Origin: Octopus vulgaris
Taxonomy: Eukaryota
Direction of reading: 5' to 3'
NCBI GenBank assembly: GCA_951406725.2
Contig: OX597838.1
Coordinates: 21,762,001 to 21,826,000 of the forward strand
Length of the DNA stretch: 64,000 nt
The notes beneath the pieces are model-generated. The model searched no databases, had not been told where the DNA came from, and saw only the letters and a list, made by a program, of their open reading frames with translations. Of this stretch, positions 13,438 through 27,831 are shown one piece after another (position 1 is the stretch's first letter; each line of letters starts with the position of its first letter). The translations under genes were made by a program, and so were the position numbers.

Positions 13438-14668
13438 GAGGCGTGAATCATTAGCAGAATCATTAGCACGCCGGACAAAATGCTTAGCGGCATATCGTCC
13501 GCTTTTACATTCTGAGTTCAAATTCCGTCGAGATCGACTTTGCCTTTTATCTTTTCGGGATCGATTAAATAAGTACCAGCTGTGCACTAGGAATCGATGT
13601 AATCGATTTAGCTCCAACCCCGAAATCGTTGGCTTTCTGCCAATATTTGAAACCATTAGAAAGGCGGCGAGCTCGCAGAATCTTTAGCAAGCTAGGCAAA
13701 AATGCTTAGTAGCATTTCGTCCGTCTCTACGTTCTGAGTTCAAATTCTGCCGAGGTCGACTTTACTTTATTTCATTTCGGGGTCGATGAAATAAGTACCA
13801 GTTAAACACTGGGGGAGGGGTCGATATCATCGATTAACCCCCCTACTTCAACATTGTTGGCCTCGGGCCAATATTTGAAACCATTACAAAGGCGGTGAGC
13901 TAGCAGAAACGTTAGCACGCCGGGCGAAATGCTTAGCCGTACTTCGTCTGCCGTTACGTTCTGAGTTCAAATTCTGCCGAGGTCGATAAATAAAGTCCCA
14001 GTCACGCACTGGGGTTGATATAATCGACTTAATCCGTTTTTCTGTCCTTGTTTGTCCTCTCTGTGTTTAGCCCCTTGTGGGTAGTAAAGAAAGAGGTATA
14101 TTCGTCTGTCATTACGTTCTGAGTTCAAATTCTGCCGAGGTCGACTCTACTTTATTTCATTTCGGGGTCGATGAAATAAGTACCAGTTAAACACTGGGAT
14201 AGGGGTCGATGTAATCGACTAATCCCCTACTTCGAAATTGTTGGCCTCGTGACAGTATTTGAAACCATTATAAAAGCGGCGAGCTTGCAGGAACGTTAGC
14301 ACGCCGGGCGAAATGCTTAGCGGTATATTCGTCTGTCTTTATGTTCTGAGGTCGACTTTGCCTTTCATCCTTTCGGGGTCGATAAATTAAGTACCAGTTG
14401 CGTGCTGGGGTTGATGTAATCGACTGGCCCCTCCCCCAAAATTTCTGGCCTTGTGCCTAGAGTAGAAAAGAATCGTTAGTACACCGGGTAAAATGGTCAG
14501 CAGCATTTCGTCAGCCTCTATGTTCTGAGTTCAAATTCTGCCGTGGTCGACTTCGTCTCTTCATCGTTTCGGGGTCTTTAAAATAAGTAACGATTGAGAA
14601 CAGGGGTCGATGAAATCGACTTGGCCCCCACCCCTGAATTTGCTGGCCTTGTGCAAAAATTTGAAACC
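13438..14668 (+). mobile_element. Tandem array of ~6 SINE family B copies/modules
   Basis: Repeated AAGGCGGCGAGCT.GCAGAA.CGTTAGCACGCCGG...GTTCTGAGTTCAAATTC..CCGAGGTCGAC units. Confidence 0.85.
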
Positions 14669-14811
14669 AATATGTTCCTCTTCGTTGTTTATGGCTATTT
14701 GCCAACGTTTCACTAGGTTCTCATACGTTCTGCTGTTGGTTATGCTTCGGCGAGATAAAAAAATTCGTAGTTTACGGCCATTTCACCCTTGTTCCTATTA
14801 TTGTGCTTATG

Positions 14812-15192
14812 TACTCTTTACTTGTTTCAGTCATTTGACTGCGGCCATGCTGGAGTACCGCCTTTAGTCGAGCAACTTGACCCCCGGGACTTATTCTTTG
14901 TAAGCCCAGTACTTATTCTATCGGTCTCTTTTGCCGAACCGCTAGGTGACGGGGACATAAACACACCAGCATCGGTTGTCAAGCAATGCTAGGGGGACAT
15001 ACACGCATGCATATATATATACATATATACGACGGGCTTCTTTCAGTTTCCGTCTAACAAATCCACTCACAAGGCTTTGGTCGGCCCGAGGCTATAGTAG
15101 AAGACACTTGCCCAAGGTGCTACGCAGTGGGACTGAACCCAGAACCACGTGGTTGGTAAGCAAGCTACTTACCATACAGCCACTCCTGCGCC
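14812..15192 (-). mobile_element. SINE family A, full length
   Basis: Reverse complement of the family A consensus. Confidence 0.85.
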
Positions 15193-15959
15193 TGTGTAGT
15201 AGGCAAATTACAAAACATGATATATTTTGTAGCAGATTAACCCTTCGCACTTCCACCAAACGTAGACTATTTTCTTGTGTGGATGCAGCCCTACCTTGGC
15301 TCGAGCTGTTGCTTGCTTGTCGTGGCTCATCCACTCATTCTTCTGTTTCGTATTGGCAGAAAGGCATCGGCAACGATGCGTTAAAGACGTTTGTGTTTGT
15401 GTCCGCGAATAACCTGGTGTCGAGCGAATAAACAGGAAGTGACGTAGAAGCGCTGGAGTTTGTCTCTTTTGTGCAGAACGTACGACACCATGCAATAACA
15501 TTCTTGAGTTTACTATCAGGTGAGAAGTATTATGAGGGCATCTCATCTACTGGGTCAATTCACGAGTGGAGCGGCACGGGTCTTCATAGATTACCTTGTT
15601 CAATCGATCTTCATTGAAATGACTAGGGCGGCCGGAATGCGAAGAACCTGTGAGGTCGAATTTCCACACCTTGAATCGTGAAACCGTTTCTCTTAGTAAA
15701 AGTATCTTCTACGTACACAGTACAAATGTTACGAGCGGCTTTGGAAGCTTGACTGAGAGCGAAGAGAAGCGAGTGTCGAAAACGCTCCATTTGTTTTTTC
15801 TACTAGTCATTCCATCGTCATGTGTCTGGAAAGAGGTAAAATGTATTCGAATTTCAAAATTGATAAACAAAAGGCTTAGAAGAAAACGAGAGCAAAAAAA
15901 AAAAATTTTTTTAAGCCATGAAACAGTGATAAAAGTATTTTTTGTGTTACTTTTAATGA

Positions 15960-16510
15960 CGGGGTCACATTTAGGAACAGAGCCAGGAATTTCAGGAGAA
16001 AGGTTAAGTCGATTACATCAACCCCAGTATTCAACTGGTACTCATTTTATCCTATTCTACTCTAGGCACAAAACCCGAATATTTTGGGGAGGGGGCCCAG
16101 TCGATTAGATCGACCCAAGTACGCAACTAGTACTTAAGTAATCGCCACGGAAAGGATGAAAGGCTAAGTCTGAGTTCAAATTCCGCCGAGGTCGACTTTG
16201 CCTTTCATCCTTTCGGGGTCGATAAATTAAGTACCAGTTGCGTACTGGGGTCAATATAATCGACTTAATCCGTTTGTCTGTCCTTGTTTGTCCTCTCTGT
16301 GTTTAGCCTCTTGTGGATAGTAAAGAAATAGTTATTTCGTCTGCGCTACGTTCTGAGTTCAAATTCCGAAGAGGTCGACTTTGCCTTTCATTCTTTCGGG
16401 GTCGATAAATTTAGTACCAGTTTCGCACTGGAGTCGATGTAATCGACTTAATCCCTTTGTCTGTCATTGTTTGTCCCCTCTATGTTTAGCCCCTTGTGGA
16501 GAATAAAGAA
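15960..16510. mobile_element. SINE family B cluster (minus fragments then two plus modules)
   Basis: Same modules as 12369-14668. Confidence 0.75.
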
Positions 16511-17163
16511 ATGACAAACATACAGGCATATTTTCATCCATTCATACATACACTTGCATTCTTAATAACATTCTTGCATCTATCCATAAATGCATACATA
16601 TAAATACCCACACGCCCACCCGCCCACTCATCCACCCATCCATTCATTCATCCATCCATCCATCCATTCATGTATGCATAGATACAAACATACATACCGA
16701 CATATACATATATAATTACATGCACATGAACATACACACGATATTTAGCCATCCATCCTTCCATACATTTTCATACATACATACATACATACATACATAC
16801 ATACATACATACATACATACATACATGCATACATACATACATACATACATACATACATACATACATACATACATACATACATACATACACACATACTTCA
16901 TCTTCGAGTGTCTCCCATAATTCTACCTACCTGTGTCACTTCAAAAGACACCAAATGAGCTGGTCTGGTGCTAATGTTTGGCCTGCCTGCCTGTCTGCTT
17001 GCCTGTCTGACAGCCTGCTCGCTTTACAAGACAAGAAGACCACGTGACCCGTCTATAAACTTCGCTTCGCATCGAGTCTGCGACGTTGGAATTCATCGCT
17101 GGTGACTCACTCGCCACAGAATCCCTTTGACCAGCATAACACACACGCACGCACACAGACACA

Positions 17164-17218
<55 letters not shown>

Positions 17219-17239
17219 ACACACACACACACGCACGCA

Positions 17240-17271
<32 letters not shown>

Positions 17272-17281
17272 CACACACACA

Positions 17282-17351
<70 letters not shown>

Positions 17352-17531
17352 GACACACACAGACACAGACACACAGACACACACGCACTCACACACACAC
17401 CCACACAAACACACACACACATACACACACACACAGACAGACACACACACACACAGACACAGACACACACACACACAGACACACACACACACACACAGAC
17501 ACACACACACAGACACACACACACACAGACA

Positions 17532-17603
<72 letters not shown>

Positions 17604-17985
17604 CACACACACACACCAACAGCGATGATAGCAGGAAGATAAACAAACCCCCCTTCCAACAGAAATTACTCATGTGAACTACAGCTTCGATAACAATAAA
17701 AAGCGAAAACAATTGCAACAATAGCAACAATGGCGAGCGATAGCAACGTATAACAACAACGCTACAAGATGACAACAAAGATTATGGAAATTACAGAAAT
17801 AATATTAATAAACTGTAACAACAACTACAACAACAATGAGAGCGGTGGTGGTGGTGGTGGTGGTGATGGTGTTGTTGTTGTTGTTGGTGGTGGTGGGGGT
17901 AGGCGGGCGGTAACGTGATGACAACTGAAGGAGCGTCAGCACTAGCTAAGAGACAGGGATAGCTTGGTAATTCAGTCAAGCATTG

Positions 17986-18088
<103 letters not shown>

Positions 18089-18688
18089 GTGTGTATGTGT
18101 GTGTGTGTATATAGATAGACATACATGCATGTATACTATATATCTATATAATATATATGTGTGCCCCAGCATGGCCACAGCTCGTGAGCTGAAACTAGAT
18201 GAAATAATAAAATATCTTCGTGTACGTACAAATATTTGTGTGTGTGTGTGTTTGCTGTGTGTGTGTGTGTCTGCACGAACATGTGTGTGTATATGCGCAT
18301 GTGTGAGTGTGTGTGTGTGTGTGTTCAGACATACATGCCTATCTATAAATATAAATATTTATATATTTATATATATGTGTAACATGTGTATGTATAAATA
18401 TTTATATACGTGTGTGTGTGTGTTTGTGCATGGGTTTGTGCCTTTGTGTTGATGTAAATTCCATCTACGAGTGACTCCTTACAGATTCATATCTAAATTT
18501 ATATTTATCCTTGTATCAATGTTTTTGTGTGTAGATAAATAAAGATATACATTGTCATATATGCATGTTTATAAAAATAGTGCGCATGCGTGTGTGTGAA
18601 TATACATACATGCATACATAAATATATATATATATGTATATATGTATATGTATATATGTATATATATATATATATATACATATATATA

Positions 18689-18900
18689 CAGTAATCCCGC
18701 GCCATATCGCGGTTCACCTATTGCGGTTTATCATTTAAGTTTACGTCGATTCCTCCCTGGTGTTGTTTTGCCTTTATAATAAAATAAATATATACAGATT
18801 ATGAATATAAAAATATATATATATGCAGTACAGTACCGCTTCTACATCGCGGATTTTCACATATCGCGGTGTGTTTGGGTACGTAACACCCGCGATAGTC
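18689..18900. mobile_element. pogo/Tigger-like MITE remnant
   Basis: TA-CAGTAATCCCGCGCCATATCGCGG start and partially matching ...ACCCGCGATAG end; internal ATCGCGG repeats. Confidence 0.5.
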
Positions 18901-19308
18901 ACATTGATAGACAGATAGATAGATATATAGATAGATAGATAGTTAGATAGATAGAGAGGGAGAAAGAGAGAGAGAAAGAGAGAGAGAGATGATAGAGTAA
19001 AATACACGCAAGCACACACAAACATACGCACACACAAACATACGCACACACAAACATACGCACACACACATATCAGTTGAATAAAGTTACATGATCTGGT
19101 TTTTACGGTTTTTACTATAGCATTAAAAAAAATTGTTTTACTATGTTGGAGCGTGTTAACATTAAAAAGAATTCAGTAATGTTCATAAAGTTCACTTAGC
19201 GCTTTCATACGTTCGTAGTAATCATCAGATTTCAAAGTGAATTAACTGTACTTATATATATATACATATATATATAGATCGATAGATAGATAGATATCAA
19301 CATTCATA

Positions 19309-19399
<91 letters not shown>

Positions 19400-19409
19400 A
19401 TTACCGTTC

Positions 19410-19785
19410 GTCTTTCACTTGTTTCAGTTGCTAGACTGCGGCCATGCTGGGGCACCGCCTACAAGACTTCTTTGTCAGATGAATCAACGCCAGTACTTAC
19501 TTTTAAAACCTCGTATTTATTCTATTGTTCTCATAAATCGAACCGCTAAGTTACGAGGGGCAAACACTGACACTAAAACAAAGACAAGCATGCATACACA
19601 CACACACACACACACACATAGACATATGCACGGCAGGCTTCGTTCAGTTTCCGTCTACCCAGTTCACTCACGTGCCTTTGGTCCGCCGGAGGCTATATAG
19701 TAGAAGACATTTGTCCAAGATGCCACGCAGTGGGACTGAACCCGGAACCATGAGGTCGAGAAGCAGACTTCTTACTCCACAGCCA
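19410..19785 (-). mobile_element. SINE family A, diverged
   Basis: Diverged reverse-complement match. Confidence 0.75.
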
Positions 19786-21108
19786 AAATAATGTATGTGT
19801 GTGTGTGTATGTGTATGTGTGTGTGTGTATGTGTATGTGTGTATGTGTATGTGTGTGTGTCTATGCATTTCAATTCACTTCACTACTTATTTCCACCTCC
19901 GTGTTCCGACATAAACACTCACTCGTTCATATCTTAACCTAAACCCCGGTCACACCCCCGCCCCGTTACGAATCTCTGTTTAAATCTATCAATACCATCA
20001 TCACCACCTCAACCACCACCACCACCACCACCACCACCACCACTGCAACCACAACCACCACTACAACCAACTCTGCCACCACCTCTACCACCACCACCAC
20101 CACTTCTACCACCACCACCACCACCACCACCACAAGCACCACTATCACCACCATCACCACCACTACCACCACCACCACTGCAACCACCACCACTACAACC
20201 AAGTCCACCAGTACCATCATCGTCACCACCACCACCACTTCTACCACAACCACCACCACTACAACCACCACCACCACCACCATCACCACCATCACCACCA
20301 TCACCACCACCACTGCAACCACAACCACCACCACTAAAACCAACTCCACCAGTACCATCATCGTCACCACCACCACCACCACCACCGCCACCACCTTATC
20401 ACGTGGTCCAATCAGCTGCCCCTTTTCCAACAAACGAACCTGTATCATCATGTAAAACCCTCAGTAATTGCCGTCGACGACGCCGTGTTTCAATTGATGG
20501 AACGTGATCCCTAATAAGTCCCTTTTTTATATCATGATCCCTTTAATAAGACCCTATACAACGTGATCCCTTAATAAGACTCCACAACATGATCCCTTCA
20601 AAAGAGACCCTACCATAATTTTTCGACCTCCCTATTATCGCTGTCATCAATCTCATCATTCCCTGTCATCACGATCATTCACGATCATCATTATCATAAT
20701 CATCATCATCATCATCATCATAATCATCATCATCATCACCACCACCACCACTATCATCATCATCATCATCATAATCGCCGTGGTCCTTGTAGCCGTCATA
20801 GGCATCGTCATCATCATCATCATCACCATTAGTCCCATCCCCACCCCCACCACAACAACCACCATCATCATCATCGTCATCGTTGTCCTCCTCCACCTAA
20901 TCATCATCATCATCAGGACGCCATTAATAAAAATATTGTTTGTAGTAGTAGTATTAGTAGTAGTAGTAGTAGTAGTAGTTGTTGATGTAGCTTATTCATC
21001 TTTGAAATTGACGAGGCCAATGAAACACGCGCAACACAACACTCACGCACGCACATGTGCATGGGTAATACACACACACACAGACACACACACACATATA
21101 TAGGTAAA

Positions 21109-21426
21109 GGCGCATGGCTCAGTGGTTAGAGCGTCGAGTTTGCGATCGTGAGGTTGTGAGCTCGAATCTCGGAACGGGCTGCATGTTGTGTTCTTGAGCA
21201 AGACACTTTATTTCACGTTGCTCCAGTTCACTCAGCTGTAGATGTGAGTTGCGACGTCACAGGTGCCAAGCTGTATCGGCCCATTTGCCTCTTCCTTGGA
21301 TAACATCAGTGGTGTGGAGAGGGGAAGGCTGGTATGCATGCGCGACTGCTTGTCTTCCATAAACAACCTTGCTCGGACTTCTGTCTGGGAAGGAAATTTC
21401 TGTGTCGTGACCGAAGGGGGGTCTCA

Positions 21427-21427
<1 letters not shown>
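21109..21427 (+). mobile_element. SINE family C (tRNA-derived)
   Basis: Box A TGGCTCAGTGGTTAGAGC, box B-like GCTCGAATCTC; second copy at 58243-58565(-). Confidence 0.8.
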
Positions 21428-21479
<52 letters not shown>

Positions 21480-21655
21480 TACATATATATTCTGCAACAC
21501 GGAATTTTGTCAGTGAACTGGTCGCGGTCTCAAAGCGACTAAAATATTTTGACAAATTAAATTTAGATGTTGAAGTGAATCTAACGGCTTTTGTGTTTTT
21601 CTTAAATGGCTTATAAACACCTTCCACGCTGCAATTGTTTAATAATAATAATAGC

Positions 21656-21695
<40 letters not shown>

Positions 21696-22094
21696 GTTTC
21701 GAAATTCGGCTCAAGGCCAATAATTTCGCGGGCCAGGGTAAGTTGTTTACATCGATTGTAGTGCTCTATTGGTACTTATTTTATCGACCCCGAAGGGATG
21801 TAATGTAAATCCGACTGCTGTGGAATTCGAACTCAGAACGTAGAGACGGACGGAATGCCGCTAAGCATCCGGCGTGCTAACGATTCTGCCCGCACGCCAC
21901 CTTAGCTAAGGTTATAATAGTAGCACGAAAATATTGGGTTGATGGCTTTCTTCGACTTTTTCTATGTATAGGAATTTTAGCCTGATATTTATATGCTATA
22001 ATTTATAGCCTTATTTGATTCGAGTTTCATCGTTCCAAAAAATAAGAACCACTTTATATTGTGTAGCAGATTCTAAATCTAAATACTTATGAAA

Positions 22095-22352
22095 CTCTCT
22101 ATCCCTTACTCTCAGTTCTTCCGCCAACGCCGGCTCTACGATGACGACCATAACTCAGTCTCAACTCACGGCTTGTCATCAATGTCATCTACGTTATCTC
22201 CTGCTCTCTCTCTCTCCCTCTCTCTCTCTCTCTCTGTCCTTCCTTGTACATTGGCCAAACAGGACGCCGATTAGCCGACCGTTTCACTGAACACGCCCGA
22301 GATACCAGTCTCGGTAATGACACCCCGGTCTCTCACCACTTTCACTCATCCG
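22095..22352 (+). pseudogene. Decayed PLE remnant (RT thumb + GIY-YIG fragments)
   Basis: Hand translation gives SIPYSQFFRQRRL and [35 protein letters not shown] (YIGQT..R..RF.EH motif); internally deleted. Confidence 0.75.
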
Positions 22353-22376
22353 ATCAGGCATATAAACACATATGTA

Positions 22377-22903
<527 letters not shown>

Positions 22904-23559
22904 TATATATATATATACTCAAACATACACACACATACACACATATACATGCACACTCACTCATGCATATACATACACATAGGCATATACACAAACATAC
23001 ACACATACAAACATATACACGCACACTCACACACGCACAAGCATGTACACAAATACACATGCGCACAAACACGCACATGCTTTTACATAAAAATATATAC
23101 ACACATACACGCATACGTGCACACACACACACACACACATACATATACACGCACGCAGACAACATACAGACCTAAATTTTATACGGAATTAACTGTGCCT
23201 CCATTATCAAAAGGGATCGATACTTCAATTAATCAATCTCCTCTCCCTACTACTCCATACACCCCTTGCTAGTGACCCTCTTTTTCTGCATCCCCTTCCA
23301 TCTCCCCCTCACCTCGCTGCTCCACTGCCCGACTACCAAATGCGCAAGATGCCATTACCACCACCACCACCACCACCACCACCACTACTCTCAAAATCAC
23401 TGCCAATACCACCAGCATCAATGCCACCACCGTCACTATCATCTCCACCGCTACAACCACCAACACCAACACCGCCAAAAATGCCCACCAACATCAATGC
23501 CACCACCTCCACCATCACCACCGCGACCAATAGTACTACCAACAACGCCGCCGCCACTA

Positions 23560-24055
23560 CCATCACCACCACAACCACCAGTACTACACCGCCGCCGCCG
23601 CCGACTACGACAATAGCACCATAACCACTACCACCACCAACACCACAACTACACCGCCGTCTGTGACGACAATAGCACCACCACCACCACCATCACCACC
23701 AGTACTACACCGCCGCCGCTGAAGACAATAGTACCACTACCTCCACCACCATCACCACCAGTACTACACCACCGCCACCGACTACGACAATGGCACCACA
23801 ACCACTACCACCACCACTACTACACCGCCGTCTGTGACGACAGTAGCACCACCACCACCACCACCACCACCACCAGTACTACACCGCCGCCGACGACGAC
23901 GATGACAATGGCACCGCTGACCGCCATCACCACAACAACCACCAGTACTACACCGCCGTCGCCGACTACGACAATAGCACCACCACTACCACCCCCACCC
24001 CCACCCCCACCACCAGTACTACACCGCCGCTGCCGACGATGACAATGGCACCACA
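23560..24055. repeat. GC-rich minisatellite, ~55-70 bp unit (CCAGTACTACACCGCCGCCG..GACTACGACAAT(A/G)GCACCACC)
   Basis: About 8 degenerate units visible. Confidence 0.85.
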
Positions 24056-24493
24056 GATCGCCATCACAATCACTTCAACCACAAGCACCATTAAAAGCGA
24101 CTTCACCACCACCGCCACGGCCGCCTACAGCACCGTAGTCACCAGCATGAGAGCCACCACCACCACCACCACCACCACCACCACTGTCACCCTCCAATTC
24201 CTCTTCTTCGAACCTTCACTCACCAGGCCATTTATCCATCACCGCCGACATCAAAGAAGAAAAACTCTCCTTTCCTTCTTCTCCCCCTCCCTCTTATCCA
24301 CCCACTCTCCCTCATCCCTCCTTTATCCCATTCACTTCTTTGCTCCCTTCCCCCATCCTTCTACCGTCGCAAATATTTTCGCTGAGTTAGTGTAGCGTCT
24401 CTGATTCTTATTTCGTTCACTCTGTACAATCTTCGATCTTGCGATTTTGCAGTCACATTTTTCTCCCATTCTTTCCTCCCCACTTCCCTTCCT

Positions 24494-24545
<52 letters not shown>

Positions 24546-24626
24546 TCCTTCTTTCTTTCTTTCTCACACAACAACATTTATAAGTGTTCATTCAAACTTA
24601 AATTCAAATCGTACTTCATATCTATC

Positions 24627-24706
<80 letters not shown>

Positions 24707-24733
24707 GTATGTAGTATGTAGATATATAATATA

Positions 24734-24779
<46 letters not shown>

Positions 24780-24789
24780 CAATTTAATA

Positions 24790-25035
24790 AATAAAACACC
24801 ACAAATAAACGTAGAACACAACGAGAAACGAAAATATAGAAACAAAACAAGGAAACGGACTTTTTTTAACAACGAAAAAACAGAGTACAAGACAAACAAC
24901 ACAAGGAACATTTCCTTCTTCAGCTGCCCCTGTTTCGACTCATTGCGTTTCGAAGGTAAGGGCAGAACACGACTATTCTGAAACAATCCTACCCGCAAAT
25001 GAATTAAATAAATTTTTTTTTGCGGAGGGGTAAAA
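24790..25035 (-). mobile_element. Dispersed repeat family, probable PLE 3' end (copy 1)
   Basis: Shares AAACG.AGAACA.AA.GAGAAACGAAAA.ATA and C.TTCTTCAG.TG.CCCTGTTTC blocks with 41640-42190, 26160-26770 and 63480-63870; always abuts (TA)n. Confidence 0.5.
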
Positions 25036-25069
25036 AAGTCACACACACACACACACACAAACATACACA

Positions 25070-25109
<40 letters not shown>

Positions 25110-25114
25110 AATTT

Positions 25115-25165
<51 letters not shown>

Positions 25166-25744
25166 TTGTGTGTGTGTGTGTGAGATGTGTGTATTTTCCC
25201 TTGTTAACAATTAACACGGAAAAAATTTATAGTTACCAGAGTAGCAAAAAATCACGCAGGTAAAAAGGTTGTAACTCCTTGTTTTTCAAGGTAAAAAATT
25301 CGGGTTTACGCGAAGTATTTTGAATAATATATATAAATAAATAAATGGAGTTAAACGTAGGTGTTATTCAAATTCTTTTACTTCCAACAAATGAAGATAT
25401 CACTGGTATTATTCCAAAGGAATAAACTGGTGTAAAACAATGTAATCTTCTCTTCAGGAAAGTGAAGAAATGAAACTCGTCAATAAGACAATTTAACAGA
25501 AAATGATGGATACGTATAGTGAACGCTAATAAGATTGTTTCAAAAAAACGTTATAGGGTATAGCATCAAAGGTAGCTTATAGAAAGAGGAGGGGATAAAG
25601 GGAAGAAAAACTAAATAAATGAGAAGTATATAACTATATGTATATTAAATAAAACCGTCTAGACTTGGAGAAAGAGATATCTAGTGAATGTGAAATGTAA
25701 AAAGAAAATTAATGTTTAAATTATATATAATGATAGATATCACT

Positions 25745-25946
25745 TATAAGAACTAAAGGTGTGTTTCTGCCAATGATTACATCGGTATGCACGCTCTATA
25801 ACCGTGTTTACAAGGGGATTTTTAGAAAAAAAGAATAAAATAATAGTTCAGAATTATAGAATTCCTTGCCTTTGTCATAAGGTATCGAGATTGAAAGAAT
25901 CAACCAATCTAAATTAAATTGTTTATTGTGGACTTTTAGATCCCAA
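25745..25946 (-). pseudogene. Decayed PLE ORF C-terminus (Penelope/Poseidon-like), followed by AT-rich 3' region to ~25200
   Basis: WDLKVHNKQFNLDWLILSISIPYDKG... resembles the W.LK....F.L.W.IL....PY segment of PLE GIY-YIG C-termini; frameshifted. Confidence 0.5.
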
Positions 25947-26042
25947 TTTAATTTACTAAACCCTGTACAGGGCTCGGTCCGGGAATCGAACTCACTACCT
26001 CATGGTTGTGAACCTGATACTCTAACCACCGACCCATACACC

Positions 26043-26142
<100 letters not shown>

Positions 26143-26159
26143 CACATATATATATATAA

Positions 26160-26770
26160 ATACATGTACATATATATGTATATACATATGCATGCATGAC
26201 TACAGGATGTCATAAAACGTAAACATGAAATACGAACATTTTTGCGAAAATTTTGTGAACATTTTTGCAAACAACGAGAGAAACAAATGGAAAACAAGTC
26301 AAGTAACATAAAGGCCCTTCATCAGTTGTCGATTTCGAGCAATTACGACAAGATGTGTCTTTAAGAAAACAGTTGCTACCGCAAAGCAAAATAAAACTTG
26401 GGATTTGCAGAGGATCAAAGTTGTTAACAAAAACAGGACATTGAAACAAACAGTAAGGGCTACTGAGCCATAAAGAGGTGAGGTGGCGAACGCTGGAGGA
26501 AGAAGCTTTGACAAGAGAAAAGATTGGAGAGGAGACAGATAAGAATGCGCGTGATCTGTGTGACAGATCAAAAGGAAAGGAGCTCAAGATAGAAAAAGAA
26601 AAATGGCCGCTGGTCACGTGTGAGCAACGAGAGAGTAAGGGAGGAAGAGTGGAAAAGAGAGAGGAACAGATGGAGAACGGTGAAGGAGAGAGGAAAAGAA
26701 TTAGAGAAAGGAAGAGAGAGGAAACGAAAGGGGGGGAGAGAACAGTACAGATAGTCGCATCAATACTTAT
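26160..26770 (-). mobile_element. Dispersed repeat family, probable PLE 3' end (copy 2)
   Basis: Colinear similarity to 41640-42190 (CGCAAAGCAAA, AACAGGACA, GTCACGTGT..GC.ACGAGAGAG). Confidence 0.5.
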
Positions 26771-27698
26771 GAAGTGAAAGGTAGTTTTAGGGCTTACAAC
26801 AAATAAGTCCTGAGGTCTATTCATTCAACTAAAAATTCTTCACGGCGGTGCTGCAGCATGGCCGCAGTCCAGTGACTAAAACAAATAAAAGATAGAAGAC
26901 GTAGATATACTAACTTAGCAAAAGACGGAATTGTCACGTTTGGAAAGGCTTGATCAAAAGTCTGCTCCATCAAAACTGCTTTGGTCCCAAACCATAAGAC
27001 CATTAGCTCCACCAGCGGAAGCAGCCGTCCAAGAATTTGGACCTGGATATTTCTATTTCCAGCGACTTCGAGGGCCACCTCCCAGTGGTGTCAGGCGTCA
27101 ACGAAGAGGCCTCGACTACAACAAGACGACCAAAGTTTTTTTTCCAAGATCTGGGGTCTCCCGCCCCTAAGCCTTAGACCATCACCCAATCACCCTTATC
27201 CGTCTTGTTGCTTAACAACAACAACAACAACCAGGGGAAGCAGCGACTCCATCATCACAGAGCTGCACCTGTTCCAAGATATACCAAAATATTTCGTTCT
27301 TTACTTCTTCGTTTTGTTTTTTCTTCTTTTACTTTCTGTTTTCTTCGCAAAGCAGGATTAAGTCATTTAATCTTCTTCTGATTTAGGGAAACCCCTCGGA
27401 TTATAGGCCACACCTAACCTTACTCCTTGATGTGTATGTATGTATGCATACAAGTATTTATGTGTATATGTACATATATATATATATATCTGTGTATGTA
27501 ATTTATATATACCTCCACCAGCATATACACCCCGATATACACACTCATGTCTGCTAGCACCATCTGTCTATCTGTCTCTATCCATGTCTGTTTGTCTGTC
27601 TGTCTATCTCTCTCTCTCTCTTACTCACTCTCTCTCTCTCTCTTACTCACTCTCTCTCTCTCTCTATATATATATATATCATATATATTTATACATAT

Positions 27699-27831
<133 letters not shown>

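Noticed and set aside
12369-14668. Regularly spaced repeats superficially like a CRISPR array
   Set aside because: Units are long SINE modules, the 'spacers' are themselves repeated, there are no cas genes and the context is eukaryotic.
21109-21180. tRNA-like sequence with A and B boxes
   Set aside because: Head of a SINE continuing into repeat body; no proper acceptor stem or terminator. The same applies to 11860-11940 and 25970-26040.
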